Source: Malacoraja senta (taxonomy: Eukaryota). From it: a stretch of 64,000 nucleotides of DNA. The stretch covers positions 310,001-374,000 of the forward strand of contig JAXLNO010003819.1 of the NCBI GenBank assembly GCA_038087875.1, written 5' to 3'. The notes beneath the pieces were generated by a model. It ran no database searches, had not been told where the DNA came from, and worked only from the letters and a program-made list of their open reading frames with translations. The position numbers and the translations under genes were made by a program. This document shows, piece by piece, positions 1-12,560 of this stretch (its first letter is position 1; every line of letters begins with the position of its first letter).

Positions 1-199
1 AGCTATTACATTTGCCTTGCGCAAATGAAAACATTGTATTGCATTAGAGGCAAGTCACAAATGACTAGAGGTGCTGGAATGTGCAGGAAAAATAAAATTA
101 TGTGTTGGAGGAACTTAGCGGCGTCTGCCAGACATTGTACAAAAAAATGAAATGCGTGAGACGAGATGTAGTACACGAACGGTGAATCCCCACCTGCGG

Positions 200-1116
200 A
201 TTAGTGGATGGACTCTGGTGAATGGGAGACGGGTGTAGATAATGGCAGGGCTTGGTACGATGCCTGTTTCTTCGTTGTCCATATGGAGCATCCTTTGTTC
301 CAAACACATTCTCGCAAATTTCCCCATTCGGCCTCCCCTGCGCGGACTACGGCTTGTGGGCTGCCTCTTGGAACCATGCAGTACAGGCTAATATTATTAA
401 CTTCGCCACTAACGTCCGCTCTGGCCTCCAAGTGACTGGAACCACGTTGCCCCTCCTATTTCCTAATCGTTTTGTCTCTCACTCACCCTGTGGTTACACC
501 GAAACAACAGATGAGGAGTGATGTAATCTGCAGCAAAAACATAAAACCATTTGCTGGAAATGTGTTCACTTGAACCCTGTTGGGACCAGTATCCTGGCAT
601 ACGGCAGAAAGAGGGTGGCAGATAGGGCTTCCTGCTGCAAGTAGGAAGTGTCAATATGAGTTTTTGCAAACACATAGAGGAGGCAAGCAGGATCACGTGA
701 TGTGTTGAAGGTTACACAGACTCACTTCGTCATCGTTTCCGCTCATCGAGCCCTTTTCTTTTGACGACCACGGATGGATTCGGGGGCCGGTGTTGATGCA
801 TGGTTGACACCAACTCAGAAATAGGAGCCGCGCCATGCTTCCGCGGTGCTATCAATGAGCAAGTGTGGTATCGCTCTCCTCTTGTCCGCGTCTGCGATGA
901 CGTTGCAATAAAGGACTCGATGTACTGCGCTCAGCTGCAGTGAGCAACATTGTATTCCCCAATCGAGCCTAATATCGCCAATGAAGGGAGCACACAGATG
1001 AAGAAGATTATGTTTATCCTCGTCGCCAATAAGCGATATATTTTCAATCTCGGTATCGTTCATAATCGCACTAAAGTTTCTGTTTGTATGCCAGTTTTTT
1101 TTATCTTCCCTCCTGC
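200..1116 (-). pseudogene. Paralogous putative GPCR pseudogene (unit 1), 5' end split by the Harbinger-type insertion
   Basis: Clear sequence paralog of 11290-12227; its first codons lie beyond the insertion at ~4230-4245. Confidence 0.42.
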
Positions 1117-1119
1117 TAA

Positions 1120-4100
1120 TGGCCCTGTCACACTGTGCGAGCTGACCCACGAGGTACCCCGAGCGAAAGACTCGTGGTTGTGCACGAGATTCCAAGTGTA
1201 TGATCAAGAGTTAAACCGAGTTCCCACGGGTATGACTCAAGTTTGCCGTTACCTGTCATTTCTGCGATGTTCCAAGTTCGTCACCCGAGTTATCAAGTTC
1301 CTCTCCCGAGGTACTCTTGAGCCAAGCGTGAATGAAGGTCTGTTTTAATAAGCAACAGTGACCGAAGAAGTGTTTCGACCCGAAACGTCGCATATCTCTT
1401 CTCTCCGTAGGTGCTGCCTCACCCGCTGAGTTTCTCCTGCATTTTTTGTCTGCCTTTGCATAATTACAAGCCTTGTTACCACCGTTTTTAAACACAACAA
1501 TATTCATGCTCAACATTATGTTTATCCAAGTACGTTCACTGTACTTCCTTTACTGTAATAGACGTTGGAACCTCCTGAGTTTGTGATGGGCGCTATTTAA
1601 ATACAGGGATGTCTTTTCATTGCTGGCCATCAATGTTTTTCCCTGTAACATATTTAATAGAATTTACACTTTATAATTAATCTATTCGCATCCGCATATA
1701 AAATCTGAATTAAGCCGAATTACTCATTGAACTGGCAATCGTGACATGAAAGCCATAAAGACGGAAATGGCAGACACAGACGCAGAATATTTGTATCTGC
1801 ATTACATTTACGTGCAGTTCATTTGGACCACAGTCTATGGCCCTTCCGCTGCAGGATATTGAAATGGGGACCCGTCAGACAAGGGTAGGGATATCACCCC
1901 AAGGGGCACATAGCGACAAGAGAGTTTTGTTTAAATATAGATGGAAACAGTCCTGACACTATTGAATGTATAGACACTGATAATGCATTGCACTGTTTTT
2001 GGTTTGTGCGCATTTCGTATTCTGAGTAAAGTTTATATTAGAAAAATACCGAAGGAATTAACCACTGAGAATCTATGAAAAGATTTCGCACGGTTTTTGT
2101 TTTATACATATTTTATTCGGGAGAAAGATTATTTTTGAAATTACACATGGCATTGGTGTATTGCATATCCTGTACATCTTTTTATGATTTTTTTTTAAAA
2201 ATTAGAAATAAATCCACTGAAGGCACTGTTGTGTTTTTAAATCTGTTTGGAAGGATATGGGTCATACGCTGGAATGTGGGGCGCCATGTTCGGCATGGAG
2301 AAATTGGACCAAATAAGCTGTTTCAGTGTTGTATGACTGACTATATGAGATCAAATAATGTTATACTTAATTATAATGGTCAATCTCAAGTATGAATCGA
2401 AGTGCAGTATATAGAGTGCAAAATACAGTTCTCAGCATTGCACCGCACCAGTTGCACAGAGAGTCCAAATGTCCGTAATGAGGCAGAGGTGAATCGGACA
2501 TTACCTTCGGTTATAGAAAGACCTTAAAGAAACCTGATAATAGAGGGGAAGAAGCTGTTCCTGAGGCTGGCGCTTTCAAACTTCTGTACTGCCCGCCGGA
2601 CGGGAGCAAGGAGAAGAAGAAATGACCGGGATGGGACAACTCTTAGATTATATATGTTTTGAGGCATCGTGGAATGTAAATGGAGTCAATGGTGGGAGAC
2701 CTGGTCTTTGTAAAATAATATATCCTATAAGATTTTTTTTCTCATTTTGAGACATGTAGTAAAATACTGTGTTCTGATACTAACTATTAAATCCCTTAAA
2801 TTTGCAAAATAACTGTTTATTAGTTCTGGCGAGGACAGCTGACCCTTTACTTGTGCAGTGAAACTTGCTGCCTTTAACAACATTTCAGCGGTAATCTTAT
2901 CATTATTTACCGTATCAGAGCTGAGGGAGGCTGATGCACCCTGCCCGGGGAGAGGCCGCGGAGAGACTGCGGGGGGAGTACCTCACTGACTGTGATAGGG
3001 AGAGACAGAGGCGCACACACACACACACACAGTGTGGAGTTCCTCTGGCTGAGTGTGTGTGTGGGGTGTGTGTGTGTGGGTGTGGGGGGTGGGACACAGA
3101 GAGAGAGAGAGAGCGAGAGAGAGAGAGAGACACACACACACACACAGGAAGCGTGGAGTACCTTTAACTGTGTGTGTGGGAGACAGAGGCAGACACACAC
3201 ACACAACGGGCAGTGTGTACCTCAGTCTGTGTGTGTGTGTGTGTAGGGGAGAGAGAGACACAGAGACAGTGTGGAACTCTGACGGTGTATGAAGGAGAGA
3301 GGGGGAGAGAGACAGAGAGAGAGAGGCACAGAGGCAGTGTGGTGTACTCCGGCGTGACTGTGGGGGGAGAGAAAGAGCGCACAGGACCTCGGTCTATCTG
3401 TGTGTGTGTGTGAGGGAAGAGAGACTAAAGCAGAATACATCTTATTGTGTGTGGGGGGAGAAAGAGAGAGGTGGGGGGGGAGAGAGAGGTGGGGGGAAGA
3501 GAGAAATGGGGGGAGACGTATATACACACAAAGCATAGTTTTACTGTGTATGTGGGGGACACAGATGGACTTAGATGGACTTACCTCGGTCTTACTGTGT
3601 GGGAGAGGTGGCGAAAGAGACGTACACTCACAGAGGTAGAGTCTCTCAGCCTGTGTGAGAGGAAGCGAGTGAGAGAGAGAGAGAGACACACACACAAGGT
3701 GGATGTGAAATCTCACCTGCCTGTTTCAGTGACCGGCACCCGCCGCTAGTGAATGAAGACACCCTCATCTGTCTCCCCCTCCTCTCCCTCCACTCTCCAC
3801 CCTCTCTCCTCCACCCCCCTCCCTCCCTGCTCCAACCCCCCACTCCCCCCCAATTTGGAAATGTCATCCCATCACCCATTCCTTCTCTCCAGAGATGCTG
3901 CCTGCCCGCTGAGTTAAAGAGTTCCCACGGTAGTCTCACGAGTCACTAAGGTAAACGCACGGGCCACTGCGTTCTTACAACGTGTTTAAATGTTTCAATT
4001 TTTAACGACAAGAGTACATTTTACTCGTGGAAAAGTTTAAACATGTTTGAACTTTTTCAAGAGTTAACAAATTTTACGGGTACCTGCCGTTAGCGCCAAG

Positions 4101-4226
4101 AGTCGCTAAGTTGCGTCCACGAGTTCCGACGTTCCCGCTACGTTAATTGTACGTGATTACCACGAGTTAAATTTGTTTTAGACTCGGGGTACCTCGTGGG
4201 TCAGCTCGCACAGTGAGACAGGGGTT
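1120..4226. mobile_element. Non-autonomous PIF/Harbinger-type DNA transposon, 3.1 kb
   Basis: About 40-bp TIRs (CCTGTC[A/T]CACTGTGCGAGCTGACCCACGAGGTACCCCGAG); TAA duplicated at 1117-1119 and 4227-4229; empty site with a single TAA in units 2 and 4 (e.g. ~34792); no transposase ORF. Confidence 0.85.
2990..3860. repeat. Composite (GA)/(GT)/(CA) and G/C-tract low-complexity block (copy at ~25570-26440)
   Basis: Directly visible; lies inside the Harbinger-type element. Confidence 0.95.
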
Positions 4227-4901
4227 TAACAATGATATTCGACATTTCCTGGATCACAGACCGCTTTGATCTATCGTTTTCACACCTTACCCTTCCATAT
4301 CTCTAGTCTCCCTCTCCACTGACTCTCAGTCTCGACCCCAAACGTCAGCCATCTTCTCTCCGGATATGTCTCTTGTCCCGCTGTTACACCAGCATTTTGC
4401 GTCTATCTTCGGCAGGGTACTGCAAGATTTAACTTCATGAAGTAGAGTACAGGTCAGTGGACATCAACCGCATTGTGGACATTGGGATTTGATTCTGGAA
4501 TTGATGCGCTACAATGTGGATAACTTTATTCTGCACACTGTATCTTTCCCTTTGCTCTACCTATTGCACTTCGGTTTGAATGGGTTGTATTTATGGACCG
4601 TTATCTGATCTGCTGGCCAGCATGGGACGCACAGTTCATCACTGTATCTCTGATCATTTATAAATCTAAACCCAATCCATGTGTTTTCCAGACACCAGAC
4701 ATGGCGATTCTGTTCACACAGATGCCGCCCTCAGCACGGAGCACAGAAAGGGAATCGGTGGGTTTCAGCTGCGCCGATGATACCGCAAGCCGCCCTCGAG
4801 AGAAACAGGGTGAGTTGGGAAGAATTCTCAGGCGGCGGGCAACCACAACCACCAAGCGCGGTGCAGATGTATCTCTCTGCAACAGCCAAAGCTGAAACTG
4901 A

Positions 4902-4940
4902 TGTTTTTGTAGGAAGGTTTCACTGGTTTCCATCACTGTG
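4902..4940 (-). other. 23-RSS of V1
   Basis: CACAGTG (4940-4934), 23-bp spacer, ACAAAAACA (4910-4902). Confidence 0.95.
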
Positions 4941-5865
4941 CGGCTAAAGGCGCAGTGATAAACTGCAGTGTCGCTCAGCTTCAGCCCCGATAGGGTTAAA
5001 CGGACTAATTTTCTATCCGTCTGGAGCTGGGCAGAGAAGCGATCGCCTGCAAAATCGGCTTTCTCCTCGTTTCCTGTTGAATGTATCCTCCATATGAACT
5101 CGGGCCTTGAGACCTGATGATGCCGGTACCAAAATAAGTAGTAGTACGTTTCTGCGGTCTCATAGGTGCAGCTGAAAGTCACCGACTCTCCTTCTACCTT
5201 CTGTGCTGATGGCAGCGATTGTGTGATGGTATCTCCATGATTGGGATCTGAAAAAATATATGGATTATGTTTAGGTTTGTCATGCGTACACGAAAATACG
5301 CGGAAGACCTTTGTATTACATGCTACCAAACAGATCAACTGATAATATACAATCAAATCAAACGCACGTTCATTAGATAGATAAAGGGAAGAGAGAGAGA
5401 GTGCAGAATAAAGTTATTATTATTGAAGCGAATCTGTCCCAGAGACAAAGGCCAATGTCGACACTGGGGTAGATATGCATCGCATAGCTCCCTTGCATAT
5501 CGAGGTGAATCGAACATTGCCGTGGCTTATAGGTAGAAAGGAACTGCAGATGCTGACTTAAACCGAAGTTAGACACGAAAAGCTGGAGTATTCCAGCGGA
5601 TTAGCCAGCCTCTCTTGACAAAAGGAATAGGTGACCTGAAGAAGGGTCTCGACCTGAAACATTACCTATACCAATTCATTTTCTCCATGGCATATGGATG
5701 GCGATTAGATAGGACCGGCTTTCCATTTACATATATGGAAAGATTAGACCGGTTCGCATTCACAATGATGATCGACGTTCCGTCGGAGCAAGTAACCGGA
5801 TTAACTGCTGCGACTTTACCTATCAGGCATGCTCCCCACACAATCCAAATGGCAAATACGCGCAT
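4941..5865 (-). CDS. TCR alpha/delta V segment V1 (family I), apparently functional: leader exon 5865-5820, V exon 5247-4941
   Basis: 46-nt leader MRVFAIWIVWGACLIG ends G|GTAAAG; acceptor TTTTTTCAG; V exon DPNHGDTITQ..FSCTY..LFWYRHH..DTAVYHCAFSR is open with Cys-Trp-Cys and abuts an RSS. Confidence 0.93.
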
Positions 5866-5959
5866 TTTCTCTGTGAAAACCCTTTGTGAATGTCCCTCCT
5901 CGACCTGGTGCTGTGCGGCTTTCGGATGTTCTCGCCTCTACTGTTGGTGCTGGTGGCGC

Positions 5960-6011
5960 AGTGGTGACGCTGGGCAGGAAGTGACTGCGTTCCGCCTACG
6001 TCAACTTCCTC
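5960..6011. promoter_or_regulatory. Candidate V1 promoter motifs: ETS (CAGGAAGTG 5975-5983; ACTTCCTC 6004-6011) and CRE-like TGACGTAG (5996-6003, minus strand)
   Basis: 110-146 bp upstream of the V1 ATG; CRE and ETS sites are typical of TCR V promoters; motif match only. Confidence 0.35.
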
Positions 6012-6880
6012 CCCAGTTGGGACTCGGTCAGCGTTCTTTCAGGTTAGGCATGTAGTGACTGGGTGGGGAATGAAACGTCCTGCTGTAACAGGGGATACTC
6101 GGCTCAACCTTATGAGGAACTCTTAGATATCATAATGTAAAGGAACTGTGATGAACGGGTGAATGCGGGATTTATAGGTTGCGTTGATTGCTGGCGAAAT
6201 GTACTTTCTGTTTAAATTTAATTCCGAGTTAGAAGTGATTCCCATTCCCACATCGAACCGCATGGAACGTATTAGATGCAAGAGGGATGCAAGTTAGGAC
6301 GCGAGGCCACCTTTAGAGCATTGCGTTCAGTTTTGGGCACGTGTCATATGAAATAGGTTGTAAAGCAGGAAAGGGTGCAGAGAAGACTGGCGATGATGTG
6401 GCCAGCACCAAAGGGACTGAGTTTTGTTTAGTGTAGTTCAGATATACAACGCGGAATCTGGCCCTTCAGCCCACTGAGTCCGCACGTACCAGTGATCCCC
6501 GCACATCAACAATACCCGACACACATGGGACAATTTATCATTTTATAACAAGCCAATTAACTTACAAACATGTACCTTTTTGGAGTGTGGGCGGAAACCC
6601 AAGATCTCAGAGAAAAACCCACGTAAGTCACGGGGAGAGCGCACAAACTCCCGTAGTCATGTTACACGGATCTCTGGCGCAGTAAGGAAGTAGCTATACC
6701 GCTACGCCACTGTGCCGCCGTGCCACTGAGCTATATGGTGAGGATGAGGTGGCTAGGACTTTATTCCATGATGCGCATGGTGATGAAGGGTGTATAGAAT
6801 CATGAGAGGAGTAGATCGGGAAAACGCACAGAATCACTTGCCCCGTGTAGGGGAATAGAGAATCAGATGATACATGTTTA

Positions 6881-6914
<34 letters not shown>

Positions 6915-7698
6915 TGGGGATTTCACAGGAACCAGAGGGGTAAACTTTTTACACAAACGGTGGTGGGTTACTGGATCGAGCTGCCGGTGTAGGTAGTTGA
7001 GGCAGGTACTATCGTAACATTTAGAATGGTACATGGAAAGGATAGACATGGAGGAATATGGGCCAAGCGCAGCCTGGTGGGATTAATGTAGTTGGGACAT
7101 ATTGGTCGGTGTGGGCAGGTTGGGCCGAAGAGCCCGTTCCATGCTGTATGACTCTCTGAGTCTGACTTGGAGAAATCCCCCCTACCATCCCCCTGTTTCC
7201 CCTTCCCATTCCCCGCTTAGGTACCATCGCATTCTCTCACCATCTTGTACCCGAATTCCCTTTGTCCATTAAAATAATGTTTTATTTTACTGTTTCTTTT
7301 CATACGTGACAATAATAAACCAAACTAAAGTAAACTTGACTTAACGGAACTAAACTGAATTGAACTCAACTGGACGGAACTGAACTGAACTGAGTTAAAC
7401 TAAACTTAATGAAATTCACAGACATGATCTGGGAAACGTTCAATGTACAATCACTTTCAGGTATATACGTGTCGTAACGTTAGCTCATCATTTAACACCG
7501 AGCTCCTTGGGTAACACTATTTTGCTTTTATTGCTTCAGATTTTCCCTTATAAGTGCAGTGACTCCATCGCAGCTGATCCGTCAACAGATAGGACCCACC
7601 CCGCTCACCGCTATTGGAGAGCCAACGGAGACACGGGGCAACAACGAGGGAGCGCTCTGTTTGCCGACGGCATATCGACAACTCAGCTGATAGACACC

Positions 7699-8152
7699 AT
7701 GTGGTTCCTCATTATCTGGATGGCGTGGGGAACATTTTTGATAAGTAATAATGACACACATGCATTTCTTTTATCTTTTACTTGTGAAACAGGGTATGAA
7801 TCTCAGACTTTAAATCTCGCAGGTCTGATCATTTTTTTCCGTTTGGATCTATTTTTACAGATCACGGCCGTGGCGATTCCGTCACTCAGTCACCGCCGTT
7901 AGCAGTGAAGACAGAAGGAGAAGCAGTGACGTTGGAATGCAGATACAAAACCACGGGTGCCTACAGGATATACTGGTATCGACAGATGCCCGGCTAAGAG
8001 TCCGAGTACACATTACGGAAAGACAGCGATGGCAATGAATGGAACTTCGCTGTCCGTCGTTTCTCTGTCGAACACCAGAGTAAATTCATCAGTTTGACCA
8101 TCTCAGATCTGGAGCTGAGCGATTCTGCAGTTTATCACTGCACGTTGAGCCG
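7699..8152 (+). pseudogene. TCR alpha/delta V pseudogene V2 (family II): leader 7699-7744, V exon 7861-8152
   Basis: Leader MWFLIIWMAWGTFLI ends A|GTAATA; in-frame TAA at 7995-7997 where paralog V4 has TCA; two 6-nt deletions relative to V4/V8. Confidence 0.93.
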
Positions 8153-8190
8153 CACAGTGGTGGGAATCAGTATACACCCGTACAGAAACA
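8153..8190 (+). other. RSS of V2 (22-bp spacer)
   Basis: CACAGTG 8153-8159, 22 bp, ACAGAAACA 8182-8190. Confidence 0.88.
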
Positions 8191-8776
8191 CAAGGCGCCT
8201 TGTGGCTCGGGTTGGAATCCAATGCAAGCCTCACACGGCTTCCTGTTCGCGGTTCCTGTCATTATGAGAATTGCTTCCAAAGTCGTTTTTGGTACGATTT
8301 GCGTAGGTGCGACGGTGTCTTGCTGAGATCTGTCATCCCTGTATCTCTTCCTTCCGTTAGTGGTCCCTGTTCTTTTCTATTCTTTGCTCCGTCTCTCTCT
8401 CTCTTTACCACAGCTTCGAAATGAAAGTCTCGCAGCTTCCCAGCTTCTCAAAAAACGCGGTATTTGGAATGTTCCTTGTTCTGTTCGGATTTCGAATTTC
8501 TTCATCCAAAGTCTCCCATGAGTTGTGATAATTTCCCGCCGATTACAATGATCCCAATGCCATTAATAATCTATTTTAGACCAGGCTGCTAAACAGGGTT
8601 AGTCCACTGCTCCGACAGCACCAGAGACACGCGTGTGAACCTGACCTCGCCGTTGTCGGTGTGAAGTTTGCACGTTCTTCTGTTCGTCCAATAGATCGTA
8701 ATTCATCGGGTAGGCGCAGAATATCTTACTCAGAATAGGGGAAGTAAGAACCCGAGGACATGGGTATAAGGTGGAG

Positions 8777-8911
8777 NNNNNNNNNNNNNNNNNNNNNNNN
8801 NNNNNNNNNNNNNNNNNNNNNNNNNNNNNNNNNNNNNNNNNNNNNNNNNNNNNNNNNNNNNNNNNNNNNNNNNNNNNNNNNNNNNNNNNNNNNNNNNNNN
8901 NNNNNNNNNNN
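8777..8911. other. Assembly gap (N run)
   Basis: 135 N. Confidence 1.
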
Positions 8912-11289
8912 AACCTGTGGGGTAACTTTTTCCACACACACGGGGCGGTGTATGGAACGAGCTGCCGGAAGAGGCAGTTAAGGCAACAATCGAAGAAACA
9001 TGTAGACAGGGACATGGATTGGACAGGTTTAGAGGGGTATCGGCAACACGCAGGCAGGCGGGTGTACTAAATGCTGGAGTAACTCAGCGGGATAGGCAGC
9101 ATTTCTGGAGAGGAGGAATGGGTGACGTTTTAGGTCGAGACGTTTGTGGTCGAGACCCTTCTTCAGACGTCTTCAGATGGGGTATGTTGGTCGTCAGTTA
9201 GGCCGAAGGACCTGTTTCCATGCTGTATGACTTTATGACTAGAATTAATTTATCCTTCAAACCCCGACACCATTGATTGATTGATGTTAAGATGCAGCAT
9301 GAAAACAGGCCCTTCAGTCAACAGAGTGCACGTCGACCATCACTCACCCGTTCACACTAGTTCCTACTTTCGCATCCACTCCCTCCGCATGAAGGCAAAT
9401 TTACAGCGGCCAATTGACCTACAATCACGCAAGACATTTGAGATGAGGGGGGAAACCGAAGCTCCCAGAGAAAAGATAAGCGGTCGCATGGTTAACCTGC
9501 AGACTCCACACAGTCAGCACCTAAGGTGAAAAAAACGGAACGCTTCACCACTGTGCCATAGTAGAGGTGTGAAGCGTAATTGAATTTAGTTTAGTTTAGA
9601 GATACAGCGCAGAAACAGGTCCCTCGGCCCATCGAGACCGCACCGACCAGCGAGCCCCCACACACACGAGCGACAATTTACGCTTACACCAAACCAATTA
9701 ACCTACATGCCTGAACGCCACAGATCTCGGAGAAAACCCACGAGGTCACGGCGAGAACGTACAAACTCCGTACACACTGCACCCGTAGTCGGGATCGAGC
9801 TCGGGTCTACGGCACCGGAAGTGCTGTTAGGCAGCAACTCTACTGCTGCGCCACCGTGGCCGCCCGGAATTTAATTTGGTTGGATTGGAATGGTGGGCAG
9901 GATAAATAATTCACGCGAATGCTTTGCGGTTTGGGAGCACACAGTGAATGCTGGTATATGAACACAACGCATTTTTCGCGGGAAATAATAAAGATAGGCA
10001 CCAAGTCACCAACGATTTCCACACGGTAAAAAAAAAAACTTCAAAATAACAAAATGGCCTTCTCCTCCTTCAAGAAACTGTGATCTGATAAATGTTTGAT
10101 GAAGCGAGGAATGGATCTCATCATTGAAACTGGAGATGAACAACCATTGAAACAATTTGCAGCAATATGAAGTGTCACATATCGTTCTTCAAGTAGAGGA
10201 GCGTCTTGGCGTTCAAATCTTCATCTCAATCTCGGATTCAATGCCTTTCTCTTAACATCTCCTCTGTGCCATTTTACAAAGCTCTTGCCCACATATCGCT
10301 CCTACTCGTGCCTTGGCCCTTATCTCCGTTCAGCCCCTGACAAAGCTCGATTGTTATAATATTATTAACAGTGGCATTAGTTGTATGAATGTTGCAAGAT
10401 AATTCATTGAATTAATTGTGACATTCTTGTCACTGCTATTTTGAAGAGCGCGCGCCGGTGTGGACATCTTTGGCGACTTGATGCCGAACTTTATAATTCT
10501 CGCAGAACATTCTTGTTCCCGATATTCAACCCGACGTTGTTCACCCCAAGCTCTGCCTCAACGATGACTGTATTCAGATAAATTATACCCCACGTCCAAC
10601 AGTAGCAGTGCCCCCAATCTCGACTCTGTAGATCTGTGATTATACAGAGTATTTGGCAAATAAGCTTGCAGTGTAGTTACCCGATTGACCAACTAACCGG
10701 GATACACGCCTGTGTACACTGTGATTGACGATCCATTCCATCTATAACAATAAAATATCAGGTTATTCTGCCGATCACTTATTTTCGCAGCTGAGTCCAG
10801 GCAGATCAATAACATTCGAACATTTTAAGACACGCCTACAATTTCCAGAAAGATATCCAATTTAACGAAGAGATTTTTATGTAGCAACGTGTCTTTATTT
10901 GAAATAAAGATAATTTTAATCTTGCTTGTTTCGCTTCGTTATGTCGGAATTAGGATCGGGCTAAGCGTTTATTCCGTATATGTTACGCTTTCTACCAGAA
11001 CAGCCTTCCACTCATGAAAGCAATCAGAAATTGATCCAATTCCGTGTAAATCAGGCCAATCTTTATTTATTCCAGGGAAGAGAACACGGCTGACAATTTC
11101 GCAATGCGTTGTTCATTTTCTGGTGTCCTTATGATACAGCAGCTATTGCGCAAATGAAAACATTGTATTGCATTAGAGGCAAGTCACAAATGACTAGAGA
11201 TGCTGGAATGTGCAGCAAAAATAAAATTATGTGTTGGAGGATCTCAACGGCGTCTGCCAGACATTGTACAAAAAATGGAATGCGTGAGA

Positions 11290-12227
11290 CGAGATGTAAT
11301 ACACGAACGGTGAATCCCCACCTGCGGATTAGTGGATGGACTCTGGTGAGGGGGAGACGGATGTAGATAATGGCAGGGCTTGGTAGGATGTCTGTTTCTT
11401 CATTGTCCATATGGAGCATCCTTTATTCCAAAAACATTCTCGCAAATTTCCCCATTCGACATCCCCTGCGCGGGCTACGGCTTGTGGGCTGCCTCTTGGA
11501 ACCATGCAGTACAGGCTAATATTATTAACTTTGCTACTTACGTCCGCCCTGGCCTCAAATTGACTTGAACCACTTTGCCCCTCCTATTTCCTAATCGTTT
11601 TGTCTCTTACTCACGCGGTGGTTACACCGAATCAACAGATGAGGAGTGAATTAATCAGCAGCAAAAACATAAAACCATTTGTGGAGCTGTGCCCACTTGA
11701 ACCCTGTTGGGACCAGTATCCTGGCAAACTGCACAACGAGATCGGTAGGAAGTGTCAATATGAGTTTTTGCAAACACATAGAGGAGGCACGCAGGATCAA
11801 GTGATGTGTTGTAGGTTACACAGACTCACTTCGTCATCGTTTCCGCTCATTGAGCCCTTTCCTTTTGACGACCACGGATGGATTCGGGGGCCGGTGTTGT
11901 TGCATGGTTGACACCACCTCAGAAATAGGAGCCGGGCCAGGCTTCTGCGGTGTTATCAATGAGCAAGTGTGGAATCGCTCTCCTCTTGTCCGCGGCTGCG
12001 ATGACGTTGGCAATAAAGCACTGGATGTACTGCGCTCAGCTGCAATGAGCAAACATTGCATTCCCCAATCGAGCCGAATATCGCCAATGCAGGGAGCACA
12101 CAGATGAAGAAGATTATGTTTATCCTCGTCGCCAATAAGCGATACATTTTCAATCTCGGTATCATTCAAAATCGCACTAAAATTTCTGTTGGTTATCTCC
12201 CCCCCAGCTAAAAATGATATTCGACAT
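11290..12227 (-). pseudogene. Putative highly decayed single-exon class A GPCR pseudogene (unit 2 copy; 3' end approximate)
   Basis: Across frameshifts, in order: N-terminal sequons (NFS, NDT, NVS), hydrophobic TM1 ending IG-N (~12062), FIAN..AAAD (~11990), WP (11939), HP (11880), TM5-like P-HLLIRCN (11644), W-x-P (~11500), P-AIIY (11378-11363). Confidence 0.45.
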
Positions 12228-12560
12228 TTCCTTGATCTATCGTTTTCACACCTTCCCCTTCCATATCTCTCGTCTCCCTCTGCCCTGACTCTCAGTATCG
12301 ACCCGAATCGTCACCCATCTTCTCTCCGTAAATGCATCCTGTCCCGCTGTTACACCAGCATTTTGTGTTTATCTTCGGCAGGGTACGACAAAATTTAACT
12401 CCATAGGGCAGAGTACAGGCCGGTGCACATCTACCGCATTGTGGACATTGGGATTTTGATTCTGGAATTGATGCGCTACAATGTGGAGAACTTTATTCTG
12501 CACTCTGTATCTTTCGCTTTGCCCTATCTATTGCACTTCGGTTTGAATGGGTTGTATTTA

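Noticed and set aside
2092-2100. Perfect nonamer GGTTTTTGT
   Set aside because: No heptamer at 12 or 23 bp; disrupted by a deletion in the unit 3 copy
2907-3949. Many overlapping ORFs rich in CV, HT, RE and SL (also 25490-26529, 31144-31593, 61727-62132)
   Set aside because: Translations of dinucleotide microsatellites
1120-4226. Possible RAG/Transib-like transposon because both TIRs contain the RSS heptamer
   Set aside because: The heptamers are subterminal, there is no nonamer at 12 or 23 bp, and the TSD is 3-bp TAA (Harbinger-like) rather than 5 bp
4658-4940. ORF extensions past the V exons (TVMETSETFLQKH...)
   Set aside because: Read-through across the RSS and flank; not part of the V segment
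5281-5356. MIVYYQLICLVAC as a candidate V1 leader
   Set aside because: It is intronic; the true 46-nt leader with a GT donor is at 5865-5820
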